64,000 bases of DNA, from the NCBI GenBank assembly GCA_964016885.1, contig OZ024743.1:219976001-220040000 (forward strand). The letters run 5' to 3'. Position 1 is the first letter of the stretch. Each line of letters opens with the position of its first letter. A model generated the notes under the pieces. It did no database searches, was not told where the DNA came from, and saw only the letters and a program-made list of their open reading frames with translations. Source of the stretch: Eledone cirrhosa. Taxonomy: Eukaryota. Both the position numbers and the translations under genes were made by a program. This document shows, one piece after another, positions 1 to 15,000 of this stretch.

Positions 1-3000
1 ATACAACACGTTAAACTAGAAATGTGCAGGGTAGATAGCACACTGATCTGTAAATATTCAGGTAGACAACACGTTAAACTAGAAATGTGCAGGGTAGATA
101 GCACACTGATCTGTAAATATTCAGGTAGACAACACCTTAAACTAGAAATGTGCAGGGTAGATAGCACACTGAACTGTAAATATTCAGGTAGCCAACACCT
201 TAAACTAGAAATGTGCAGGGTAGATAGCACACTGACCTGTAAATATTCAGGTAGACAACACGTTAAACTAGAAATGTGCAGGTTAGATAGCACACTGATC
301 TGTAAATATTCAGGTAGACAACACCTTAAATTAGAAATGTGCAGGGTAGATAGCACACTGAACTGTAAATATTCAGGTAGACAACACCTTAAACTAGAAA
401 TGTGCAGGGTAGATAGCACACTGATCTGTAAATATTCAGGTAGACAACACCTTAAATTAGAAATGTGCAGGGTAGATAGCACACTGATCTGTAAATATTC
501 AGGTAGACAACACCTTAAATTAGAAATGTGCAGGGTAGATAGCACACTGAACTGTAAATATTCAGGTAGACAACACCTTAAACTAGAAATGTGCAGGGTA
601 GATAGCACACTGATCTGTAAATATTCAGGTAGACAACATCTTAAACTAGAAATGTGCAGGGTAGATAGCACACTGAACTGTAAATATTCAGGTAGACAAC
701 ACCTTAAATTAGAAATGTGCAGGGTAGATAGCACACTGAACTGTAAATATTCAGGTAGACAACACCTTAAACTAGAAATGTGCAGGGTAGATAGCACACT
801 GATCTGTAAATATTCAAGTAGACAACACCTTAAACTAGAAATGTGCAGGGTAGATAGCACACTGAACTGTAAATATTCAGGTAGACAACACGTTAAACTA
901 GAAATGTGCAGGGTAGATGGCACACTGATCTGTAAATATTCAGGTAGACAACACGTTAAACTAGAAATGTGCAGGGTAGATAGCACACTGAACTGTAAAT
1001 ATTCAGGTAGACAACACCTTAAACTAGAAATGTGCAGGGTAGATAGCACACTGATCTGTAAATATTCAGGTAGACAACACCTTAAAACTAGAAATGTGCA
1101 GGGTAGATAGCACACTGAACTGTAAATATTCAAGTAGACAACACCTTAAAACTAGAAATGTGCAGGGTAGATAGCACACTGAACTGTAAATATTCAGGTA
1201 GACAACACCTTAAACTAGAAATGTGCAGGGTAGATAGCACACTGATCTGTAAATATTCAGGTAGACAACACGTTAAGCTAGAAATATGCAGGGTAGATAG
1301 CACACTGAACTGTAAATATTCAGGTAGACAACACCTTAAACTAGAAATGTGCAGGGTAGATAGCACACTGAACTGTAAATACTCAGGTAGACAACACCTT
1401 AAACTAGAATTATGCAGGGTAGATAGCACACTGATCTGTAAATATTCAGGTAGACAACACCTTAAACTAAAAATGTGCAGGGTAGATAGCACACTGATCT
1501 GTAAATATTCAGGTAGACAACACCTTAAACTAGAAATGTGCAGGGTAGATAGCAGACTGAACTGTAAATATTCAGGTAGACAACACGTTAAACGAGAAAT
1601 GTGCAGGGTAGATAGCACACTGAACTGTAAATATTCAGGTAGACAACACGTTAAACTAGAAATGTGCAGGGTAGATAGCACACTGAACTGTAAATATTCA
1701 TGTAGACAACACCTTAAAATAGAAATGTGCAGGGTAGATAGCACACTGATCTGTAAATATTCAGGTAGACAACACGTTAAACTAGAAATGTGCAGGGTAA
1801 ATAGCACACTGATCTGTAAATATTCAGGTAGACAACACGTTAAACTAGGAATGTGCAGGGTAGATAGCACACTGATCTGTAAATATTCAGGTAGACAACA
1901 CCTTAAACTAGAAATGTGCAGGATTGATAGCACACTGATCTGTAAATTTTCAGGTAGACAACACGTTAAACTAGAAATGTGCAGGGTAGATAGCACACTG
2001 AACTGTAAATATTCAGGTAGACAACACGTTAAACTAGAAATGTGCAGGGTAGATAGCACACTGATCTGTAAATATTCAGGTAGACAACACGTTAAACTAG
2101 AAATGTGCAGGGTAGATAGCACACTGAACTGTAAATATTCAGGTAGACAACACGTTAAACTAGAAATGTGCAGGCTAGATAGCACACTGATCTGTAAATA
2201 TTCAGGTAGACAACACGTTAAACTAGAAATGTGCAGGGTAGATAGCACACTGAACTGTAAATATTCAGGTAGACAACACCTTAAACTAGAAATGTGCAGG
2301 GTAGATAGCACACTGATCTGTAAATATTCAGGTAGACAACACCTTAAACTAGAAATGTGCAGGGTAGATAGCACACTGAACTGTAAATATTCAGGTAGAC
2401 AACACGTTAAACTAGAAATGTGCAGGGTAGATAGCACACTGATCTGTAAATATTCAGGTAGACAACACGTTAAACTAGAAATGTGCAGGGTAGATAGCAC
2501 ACTGAACTGTAAATATTCAGGTAGACAACACCTTAAACTAGAAATGTGCAGGGTAGATAGCACACTGATCTGTAAATATTCAGGTAGACAACACCTTAAA
2601 CTAGAAATGTGCAGGGTAGATAGCACACTGATCTGTAAATATTCAGGTAGACAACACCTTAAACTAGAAATGTGCAGGGTAGATAGCACACTGAACTGTA
2701 AATATTCAGGTAGACAACACGTTAAACTAGAAATGTGCAGGGTAGATAGGACACTGATCTGTAAATATTCAGGTAGACAACACGTTAAACTAGAAATGTG
2801 CAGGGTACATAGCACACTGAACTGTAAATATTCAGGTAGACAACACGTTAGACTAGAAATGTGCAGGATAGATAGCACACTGAACTGTAAATATTCAGGT
2901 AGACAACACGTTAAACTAGAAATGTGAAGGGTAGATAGCACACTGAACTGTAAATGTTCAGGTAGACAACACCTTAAACTAGAAATGTGCAGGGTAGATA

Positions 3001-6000
3001 GCACACTGATCTGTAAATATTCAGGTAGACAACACCTTAAACTAGAAATGTGCAGGGTAGATAGCACACTGATCTGTAAATATTCAGGAAGACAACACCT
3101 TAAACTAGAAATGTGCAGGGTAGATAGCACACTGAACTGTAAATATTCAGGTAGACAACACCTTAAACTAGAAATGTGCAGGGTAGATAGCACACTGATC
3201 TGTAAATATTCAGGTAGACAACACGTTAAACTAGAAATGTGCAGGTTAGATAGCACACTGATCTGTAAATATTCAGGTAGACAACACCTTAAATTAGAAA
3301 TGTGCAGGGTAGATAGCACACTGAACTGTAAATATTCAGGTAGACAACACCTTAAACTAGAAATGTGCAGGGTAGATAGCACACTGATCTGTAAATATTC
3401 AGGTAGACAACACCTTAAATTAGAAATGTGCAGGGTAGATAGCACACTGATCTGTAAATATTCAGGTAGACAACACCTTAAATTAGAAATGTGCAGGGTA
3501 GATAGCACACTGAACTGTAAATATTCAGGTAGACAACACCTTAAACTAGAAAAGTGCAGGGTAGATAGCACACTGATCTGTAAATATTCAGGTAGACAAC
3601 ACCTTAAACTAGAAATGTGCAGGGTAGATAGCACACTGAACTGTAAATATTCAGGTAGACAACACCTTAAATTAGAAATGTGCAGGGTAGATAGCACACT
3701 GAACTGTAAATATTCAGGTAGACAACACCTTAAACTAGAAATGTGCAGGGTAGATAGCACACTGAACTGTAAATATTCAGGTAGACAACACGTTAAACTA
3801 GAAATGTGCAGGGTAGATAGCACACTGATCTGTAAATATTCAGGTAGACAACGCGTTAAACTAGAAATGTGCAGGGTAGATGGCACACTGAACTGTAAAT
3901 ATTCAGGTAGACAACACCTTAAACTAGAAATGTGCAGGGTAGATAGCACACTGATCTGTAAATATTCAGGTAGACAACACCTTAAAACTAGAAATGTGCA
4001 GGGTAGATAGCACACTGAACTGTAAATATTCAAGTAGACAACACCTTAAAACTAGAAATGTGCAGGGTAGATAGCACACTGAACTGTAAATATTCAGGTA
4101 GACAACACCTTAAACTAGAAATGTGCAGGGTAGATAGCACACTGATCTGTAAATATTCAGGTAGACAACACCTTAAACTAGAAATGTGCAGGGTAGATAG
4201 CACACTGAACTGTAAATATTCAGGTAGACAACACCTTAAACTAGAAATGTGCAGGGTAGATAGCACACTGAACTGTAAATACTCAGGTAGACAACACCTT
4301 AAACTAGAATTATGCAGGGTAGATAGCACACTGATCTGTAAATATTCAGGTAGACAACACGTTAAACTAGAAATGTGCAGGGTAGATAGCACACTGATCT
4401 GTAAATATTCAGGTAGACAACACGTTAAACTAGAAATGTGCAGGGTAGATAGCACACTGAACTGTAAATATTCAGGTAGACAACACGTTAAACTAGAAAT
4501 GTGCAGGGTAGATAGCACACTGATCTGTAAATATTCAGGTAGACAATACGTTAAACTAGAAATGTGCAGGGTAGATAGCACACTGAACTGTAAATATTCA
4601 GGTAGACAACACGTTAAACTAGAAATGTGCAGGGTAGATAGCACACTGAACTGTAAATATTCAGGTAGACAACACGTTAAACTAGAAATGTGCAGGGTAG
4701 ATAGCACACTGAACTGTAAATATTCAGGTAGACAACACGTTAAACTAGAAATGTGCAGGGTAGATAGCACACTGATCTGTAAATATTCAGGTAGACAACA
4801 CGTTAAACTAGAAATGTGCAGGGTAGATAGCACACTGAACTGTAAATATTCAGGTAGACAACACGTTAAACTAGAAATGTGCAGGGTAGATAGCACACTG
4901 AACTGTAAATATTCAGGTAGACAACACGTTAAACTAGAAATGTGCAGGGTAGATATCACACTGAACTGTAAATATTCATGTAGACAACACCTTAAAATAT
5001 AAATGTGCAGGGTAGATAGCACACTGATCTGTAAATATTCAGGTAGACAACATGTTAAACTAGAAATGTGCAGGGTAGGTAGCACACTGATCCGTAAATA
5101 TTCAGGTAGACAACACCTTAAACTAGAAATGTGCAGGGTAGATAGCACACTGATCTGTAAATATTCAGGTAGACAACACGTTAAACTAGAAATGTGCAGG
5201 GTAGGTAGCACACTGAACTGTAAATATTCAGATAGACAACACCTTAAATTAGAAATGTGCAGGGTAGATAGCACACTGAACTGTAAATATTCAGGTAGAC
5301 AACACGTTAAACTAGAAATGTGCAGGGTAGGTAGCACACTGAACTGTAAATATTCAGGTAGACAACACCTTAAATTAGAAATTTGCAGGGTAGATAGCAC
5401 ACTCAACTGTAAATATTCAGGTATACAACACGTTAAACTAGAAATGTGCAGGGTAGATAGCACACTGATCTGTAAATATTCAGGTAGACAACACGTTAAA
5501 CTAGAAATGTGCAGGGTAGATAGCACACTGATCTGTAAATATTCAGGTAGACAACACCTTAAACTAGACATGTGCAGGGTAGATAGCACACTGAACTGTA
5601 AATATTCAGGTAGACAACACCTTAAACTAGAAATGTTCAGGGTAGATAGCACACTGATCTGTAAATATTCAGGTAGACAACACGTTAAACTAGAAATGTG
5701 CAGGGTAGATAGCACACTGATCTGTAAATATTCAGGTAGACAACACCTTAAAACTAGAAATATGCAGGGTAGATAGCACACTGAACTGTAAATATTCAGG
5801 TAGACAACACCTTAAAACTAGAAATGTGCAGGGTAGATAGCACACTGAACTGTAAATATTCAGGTAGACAACACCTTAAACTAGAAATGTGCAGGGTAGA
5901 TAGCACACTGATCTGTAAATATTCAGGTAGACAACACCTTAAAACTAGAAATGTGCAGGGTAGATAGCACACTGAACTGTAAATATTCAAGTAGACAACA

Positions 6001-9000
6001 CCTTAAAACTAGAAATGTGCAGGGTAGATAGCACACTGATCTGTAAATATTCAGGTAGACAACACGTTAAACTAGAAATGTGCAGGGTAGATAGCACACT
6101 GAACTGTAAATATTCAGGTAGACAACACGTTAAACTAGAAATGTGCAGGGTAGATAGCACACTGAACTGTAAATATTCATGTAGACAACACCTTAAAATA
6201 GAAATGTGCAGGGTAGATAGCACACTGATCTGTAAATATTCAGGTAGACAACACCTTAAAATAGAAATGTGCAGGGTAGATAGCACACTGATCTGTAAAT
6301 ATTCAGGTAGACAACACGTTAAACTAGAAATGTGCAGGGGAGATAGCACACTGAACTGTAAATATTCAGGTAGACAACAGCTTAAACTAGAAATGTGCAG
6401 GGTAGATAGCACACTGAACTGTAAATATCCAGGTAGACAACACCTTAAACTAGAAATATGCAGGGTAGATAGCACACTGATCTGTAAATATTCAGGTAGA
6501 CAACACCTTAAACTAGAAATGTGCAGGGTAGATAGCACACTGATCTGTAAATATTCAGGTAGACAACACGTTAAACTAGAAATGTGCAGGGTAGATAGCA
6601 CACTGAACTGTAAATATTCAGGTAGACAACACGTTAAACTAGAAATGTGCAGGGTAGATAGCACACTGAACTGTAAATATTCAGGTAGACAACACGTTAA
6701 ACTAGAAATGTGCTGGGTAGATAGCACACTGAACTGTAAATATTCATGTAGACAACACCTTAAAATAGAAATGTGCAGGGTAGATAACACACTGATCTGT
6801 AAATATTTAGGTAGACAACACGTTAAACTAGAAATGTGCAGGGTAGATAGCACACTGATCTGTAAATATTCAGGTAGACAACACCTTAAACTAGAAATGT
6901 GCAGGGTAGATAGCACACTGATCTGTCAGTATTCAGGTAGACAACACCTTAAACTAGAAATGTGCAGGATTGATAGCACACTGATCTGTAAATTTTCAGG
7001 TAGACAACACGTTAAACTAGAAATGTGCAGGGTAGATAGCACACTGAACTGTAAATATTCAGGTAGACAACACGTTAAACTAGAAATGTGCAGGGTAGAT
7101 AGCACACTGAACTGTAAATATTCAGGTAGACAACACCTTAAACTAGAAATGTGCAGGGTAGATAGCACACTGATCTGTAAATATGCAGGTATACAACACG
7201 TTAAACTAGAAATGTGCAGGGTAGATAGCACACTGATCTGTAAATATTCAGGTAGACAACACGTTAAACTAGAAATGTGCAGGGTAGATAGCACACTGAT
7301 CTGTAAATATTCAGGTAGACAACACGTTAAACTAGAAATGTGCAGGGTAGATAGCACACTGATCTGTAAATATTCAGGTAGACAACACCTTAAACTAGAA
7401 ATATGCAGGGTAGATAGCACACTGAACTGTAAATATTCAGGTAGACAACACCTTAAACTAGAAACGTGCAGGGTAGATAGCACACTGATCTGTAAATATT
7501 CAGGTAGACAACACGTTAAACTAGAAATGTGCAGGTTAGATAGCACACTGATCTGTAAATATTCAGGTAGACAACACCTTAAATTAGAAATGTGCAGGGT
7601 AGATAGCACACTGAACTGTAAATATTCAGGTAGACAACACCTTAAACTAGAAATGTGCAGGGTAGATAGCACACTGATCTGTAAATATTCAGGTAGACAA
7701 CACCTTAAATTAGAAATGTGCAGGGTAGATAGCACACTGATCTGTAAATATTCAGGTAGACAACACCTTAAATTAGAAATGTGCAGGGTAGATAGCACAC
7801 TGAACTGTAAATATTCAGGTAGACAACACCTTAAACTAGAAATGTGCAGGGTAGATAGCACACTGATCTGTAAATATTCAGGTAGACAACACCTTAAACT
7901 AGAAATGTGCAGGGTAGATAGCACACTGAACTGTAAATATTCAGGTAGACAACACCTTAAATTAGAAATGTGCAGGGTAGATAGCACACTGAACTGTAAA
8001 TATTCAGGTAGACAACACCTTAAACTAGAAATGTGCAGGGTAGATAGCACACTGAACTGTAAATATTCAGGTAGACAACACGTTAAACTAGAAATGTGCA
8101 GGGTAGATAGCACACTGATCTGTAAATATTCAGGTAGACAACACGTTAAACTAGAAATGTGCAGGGTAGATAGCACACTGAACTGTAAATATTCAGGTAG
8201 ACAACACCTTAAACTAGAAATGTGCAGGGTAGATAGCACACTGATCTGTAAATATTCAGGTAGACAACACCTTAAAACTAGAAATGTGCAGGGTAGATAG
8301 CACACTGAACTGTAAATATTCAAGTAGACAACACCTTAAAACTAGAAATGTGCAGGGTAGATAGCACACTGAACTGTAAATATTCAGGTAGACAACACCT
8401 TAAACTAGAAATGTGCAGGGTAGATAGCACACTGATCTGTAAATATTCAGGTAGACAACACCTTAAACTAGAAATGTGCAGGGTAGATAGCACACTGAAC
8501 TGTAAATATTCAGGTAGACAACACCTTAAACTAGAAATGTGCAGGGTAGATAGCACACTGAACTGTAAATACTCAGGTAGACAACACCTTAAACTAGAAT
8601 TATGCAGGGTAGATAGCACACTGATCTGTAAATATTCAGGTAGACAACACGTTAAACTAGAAATGTGCAGGGTAGATAGCACACTGATCTGTAAATATTC
8701 AGGTAGACAACACCTTAAACTAGAAATGTGCAGGGTAGATAGCAGACTGAACTGTAAATATTCAGGTAGACAACACGTTAAACTAGAAATGTGCAGGGTA
8801 GATAGCACACTGAACTGTAAATATTCAGGTAGACAACACGTTAAACTAGAAATGTGCAGGGTAGATAGCACACTGAACTGTAAATATTCATGTAGACAAC
8901 ACCTTAAAATAGAAATGTGCAGGGTAGATAGCACACTGATCTGTAAATATTCAGGTAGACAACACGTTAAACTAGAAATGTGCAGGGTAGATAGCACACC

Positions 9001-12000
9001 GATCCGTAAATATTCAGGTAGACAACACCTTAAACTAGAAATGTGCAGGGTAGATAGCACACTGATCTGTAAATATTCAGGTAGACAACACGTTAAACTA
9101 GAAATGTGCAGGGTAGGTAGCACACTGAACTGTAAATATTCAGGTAGACAACACCTTAAATTAGAAATGTGCAGGGTAGATATCACACTGAACTGTAAAT
9201 ATTCAGGTAGACAACACGTTAAACTAGAAATGTGCAGGGTAGATAGCACACTGATCTGTAAATATTCAGGTAGACAACACCTTAAAACTAGAAATGTGCA
9301 GGGTAGATAGCACACTGAACTGTAAATATTCAAGTAGACAACACCTTAAAAGTAGAAATGTGCAGGGTAGATAGCACACTGAACTGTAAATATTCAGGTA
9401 GACAACACCTTAAAACTAGAAATGTGCAGGGTAGATAGCACACTGAACTGTAAATATTCAGGTAGACAACACCTTAAAACTAGAAATGTGCAGGGTAGAT
9501 AGCACACTGAACTGTAAATATTCAAGTAGACAACACCTTAAAACTAGAAATGTGCAGGGTAGATAGCACACTGAACTGTAAATATTCAGGTAGACAACAC
9601 CTTAAAACTAGAAATGTGCAGGGTAGATAGCACACTGAACTGTAAATATTCAGGTAGACAACACCTTAAAACTAGAAATGTGCAGGGTAGATAGCACACT
9701 GAACTGTAAATATTCAGGTAGACAACACCTTAAAACTAGAAATGTGCAGGGTAGATAGCACACTGAACTGTAAATATTCAGGTAGACAACACCTTAAAAC
9801 TAGAAATGTGCAGGGTAGATAGCACACTGAACTGTAAATATTCAAGTAGACAACACCTTAAAACTAGAAATGTGCAGGGTAGATAGCACACTGAACTGTA
9901 AATATTCAGGTAGACAACACCTTAAAACTAGAAATGTGCAGGGTAGATAGCACACTGAACTGTAAATATTCAGGTAGACAACACGTTAAACTAGAAATGT
10001 GCAGGGTAGATAGCACACTGAACTGTAAATATTCATGTAGACAACACCTTAAAATAGAAATGTGCAGGGTAGATAGCACACTGATCTGTAAATATTTAGG
10101 TAGATAACACGTTAAACTAGAAATGTGCAGGGTAGATAGCACACTGATCTGTAAATATTCAGGTAGACAACACCTTAAACTAGAAATGTGCAGGGTAGAT
10201 AGCACACTGATCTGTCAATATTCAGGTAGACAACACCTTAAACTAGAAATGTGCAGGATTGATAGCACACTGATCTGTAAATTTTCAGGTAGACAACACG
10301 TTAAACTAGAAATGTGCAGGGTAGATAGCACACTGAACTGTAAATATTCAGGTAGACAACACGTTAAACTAGAAATGTGCAGGGTAGATAGCACACTGAA
10401 CTGTAAATATTCAGGTAGACAACACCTTAAACTAGAAATGTGCAGGGTAGATAGCACACTGATCTGTAAATATGCAGGTATACAACACGTTAAACTAGAA
10501 ATGTGCAGGGTAGATAGCACACTGATCTGTAAATATTCAGGTAGACAACACGTTAAACTAGAAATGTGCAGGGTAGATAGCACACTGATCTGTAAATATT
10601 CAGGTAGACAACACCTTAAACTAGAAATGTGCAGGGTAGATAGCACACTGATTTGTAAATATTCAGGTAGACAACACCTTAAACTAGAAATGTGCAGGGT
10701 AGATAGCACACTGAACTGTAAATATTCAGGTAGACAACACCTTAAACTAGAAATGTGCAGGGTAGATAGCACACTGACCTGTAAATATTCAGGTAGAAAA
10801 CACGTTAAACTAGAAATGTGCAGGTTAGATAGCACACTGATCTGTAAATATTCAGGTAGACAACACCTTAAATTAGAAATGTGCAGGGTAGATAGCACAC
10901 TGAACTGTAAATATTCAGGTAGACAACACCTTAAACTAGAAATGTGCAGAGTAGATAGCACACTGATCTGTAAATATTCAGGTAGACAACACCTTAAATT
11001 AGAAATGTGCAGGGTAGATAGCACACTGATCTGTAAATATTCAGGTAGACAACACCTTAAATTAGAAATGTGCAGGGTAGATAGCACACTGAACTGTAAA
11101 TATTCAGGTAGACAACACCTTAAACTAGAAATGTGCAGGGTAGATAGCACACTGATCTGTAAATATTCAGGTAGACAACATCTTAAACTAGAAATGTGCA
11201 GGGTAGATAGCACACTGAACTGTAAATATTCAGGTAGACAACACCTTAAATTAGAAATGTGCAGGGTAGATAGCACACTGAACTGTAAATATTCAGGTAG
11301 ACAACAACTTAAACTAGAAATGTGCAGGGTAGATAGCACACTGATCTGTAAATATTCAAGTAGACAACACCTTAAACTAGAAATGTGCAGGGTAGATAGC
11401 ACACTGAACTGTAAATATTCAGGTAGACAACACGTTAAACTAGAAATGTGCAGGGTAGATAGCACACTGATCTGTAAATATTCAGGTAGACAACACGTTA
11501 AACTAGAAATGTGCAGGGTAGATAGCACACTGAACTGTAAATATTCAGGTAGACAACACCTTAAACTAGAAATGTGCAGGGTAGATAGCACACTGATCTG
11601 TAAATATTCAGGTAGACAACACCTTAAAACTAGAAATGTGCAGGGTAGATAGCACACTGAACTGTAAATATTCAAGTAGACAACACCTTAAAACTAGAAA
11701 TCTGCAGGGTAGATAGCACACTGAACTGTAAATATTCAGGTAGACAACACCTTAAACTAGAAATGTGCAGGGTAGATAGCACACTGATCTGTAAATATTC
11801 AGGTAGACAACACCTTAAACTAGAAATGTGCAGGGTAGATAGCACACTGAACTGTAAATATTCAGGTAGACAACACCTTAAACTAGAAATGTGCAGGGTA
11901 GATAGCACACTGAACTGTAAATACTCAGGTAGACAACACCTTAAACTAGAATTATGCAGGGTAGATAGCACACTGATCTGTAAATATTCAGGTAGACAAC

Positions 12001-15000
12001 ACCTTAAACTAAAAATGTGCAGGGTAGATAGCACACTGATCTGTAAATATTCAGGTAGACAACACCTTAAACTAGAAATGTGCAGGGTAGATAGCAGACT
12101 GAACTGTAAATATTCAGGTAGACAACACGTTAAACGAGAAATGTGCAGGGTAGATAGCACACTGAACTGTAAATATTCAGGTAGACAACACGTTAAACTA
12201 GAAATGTGCAGGGTAGATAGCACACTGAACTGTAAATATTCATGTAGACAACACCTTAAAATAGAAATGTGCAGGGTAGATAGCACACTGATCTGTAAAT
12301 ATTCAGGTAGACAACACGTTAAACTAGAAATGTGCAGGGTAAATAGCACACTGATCTGTAAATATTCAGGTAGACAACACGTTAAACTAGAAATGTGCAG
12401 GGTAGATAGCACACTGATCTGTAAATATTCAGGTAGACAACACCTTAAACTAGAAATGTGCAGGATTGATAGCACACTGATCTGTAAATTTTCAGGTAGA
12501 CAACACGTTAAACTAGAAATGTGCAGGGTAGATAGCACACTGAACTGTAAATATTCAGGTAGACAACACGTTAAACTAGAAATGTGCAGGGTAGATAGCA
12601 CACTGATCTGTAAATATTCAGGTAGACAACACGTTAAACTAGAAATGTGCAGGGTAGATAGCACACTGAACTGTAAATATTCAGGTAGACAACACGTTAA
12701 ACTAGAAATGTGCAGGGTAGATAGCACACTGATCTGTAAATATTCAGGTAGACAACACGTTAAACTAGAAATGTGCAGGGTAGATAGCACACTGAACTGT
12801 AAATATTCAGGTAGACAACACCTTAAACTAGAAATGTGCAGGGTAGATAGCACACTGATCTGTAAATATTCAGGTAGACAACACCTTAAACTAGAAATGT
12901 GCAGGGTAGATAGCACACTGAACTGTAAATATTCAGGTAGACAACACGTTAAACTAGAAATGTGCAGGGTAGATAGCACACTGATCTGTAAATATTCAGG
13001 TAGACAACACGTTAAACTAGAAATGTGCAGGGTAGATAGCACACTGAACTGTAAATATTCAGGTAGACAACACCTTAAACTAGAAATGTGCAGGGTAGAT
13101 AGCACACTGATCTGTAAATATTCAGGTAGACAACACCTTAAACTAGAAATGTGCAGGGTAGATAGCACACTGATCTGTAAATATTCAGGTAGACAACACC
13201 TTAAACTAGAAATGTGCAGGGTAGATAGCACACTGAACTGTAAATATTCAGGTAGACAACACGTTAAACTAGAAATGTGCAGGGTAGATAGGACACTGAT
13301 CTGTAAATATTCAGGTAGACAACACGTTAAACTAGAAATGTGCAGGGTAGATAGCACACTGAACTGTAAATATTCAGGTAGACAACACGTTAGACTAGAA
13401 ATGTGCAGGATAGATAGCACACTGAACTGTAAATATTCAGGTAGACAACACGTTAAACTAGAAATGTGCAGGGTAGATAGCACACTGAACTGTAAATGTT
13501 CAGGTAGACAACACCTTAAACTAGAAATGTGCAGGGTAGATAGCACACTGATCTGTAAATATTCAAGTAGACAACACCTTAAACTAGAAATGTGCAGGGT
13601 AGATAGCACACTGAACTGTAAATATTCAGGTAGACAACACGTTAAACTAGAAATGTGCAGGGTAGATAGCACACTGATCTGTAAATATTCAGGTAGACAA
13701 CACGTTAAACTAGAAATGTGCAGGGTAGATAGCACACTGAACTGTAAATATTCAGGTAGACAACACCTTAAACTAGAAATGTGCAGGGTAGATAGCACAC
13801 TGATCTGTAAATATTCAGGTAGACGACACCTTAAAACTAGAAATGTGCAGGGTAGATAGCACACTGAACTGTAAATATTCAAGTAGACAACACCTTAAAA
13901 CTAAAAATGTGCAGGGTAGATAGCACACTGAACTGTAAATATTCAGGTAGACAACAACTTAAACTAGAAATGTGCAGGGTAGATAGCACACTGATCTGTA
14001 AATATTCAGGTAGACAACACCTTAAACTAGAAATGTGCAGGGTAGATAGCACACTGAACTGTAAATATTCAGGTAGACAACACCTTAAACTAGAAATGTG
14101 CAGGGTAGATAGCACACTGAACTGTAAATACTCAGGTAGACAACACCTTAAACTAGAATTATGCAGGGTAGATAGCACACTGATCTGTAAATATTCAGGT
14201 AGACAACACCTTAAACTAAAAATGTGCAGGGTAGATAGCACACTGATCTGTAAATATTCAGGTAGACAACACCTTAAACTAGAAATGTGCAGGGTAGATA
14301 GCAGACTGAACTGTAAATATTCAGGTAGACAACACCTTAAACTAGAAATGTGCAGGGTAGATAGCACACTGAACTGTAAATACTCAGGTAGACAACACCT
14401 TAAACTAGAATTATGCAGGGTAGATAGCACACTGATCTGTAAATATTCAGGTAGACAACACCTTAAACTAAAAATGTGCAGGGTAGATAGCACACTGATC
14501 TGTAAATATTCAGGTAGACAACACCTTAAACTAGAAATGTGCAGGGTAGATAGCACACTGAACTGTAAATATTCATGTAGACAACACCTTAAAATAGAAA
14601 TGTGCAGGGTAGATAGCACACTGATCTGTAAATATTCAGGTAGACAACACGTTAAACTAGAAATGTGCAGGGTAAATAGCACACTGATCTGTAAATATTC
14701 AGGTAGACAACACGTTAAACTAGAAATGTGCAGGGTAGATAGCACACTGATCTGTAAATATTCAGGTAGACAACACCTTAAACTAGAAATGTGCAGGATT
14801 GATAGCACACTGATCTGTAAATTTTCAGGTAGACAACACGTTAAACTAGAAATGTGCAGGGTAGATAGCACACTGAACTGTAAATATTCAGGTAGAGAAC
14901 ACGTTAAACTAGAAATGTGCAGGGTAGATAGCACACTGAACTGTAAATATTCATGTAGACAACACCTTAAACTAGAAATGTGCAGGGTAGATAGCACACT

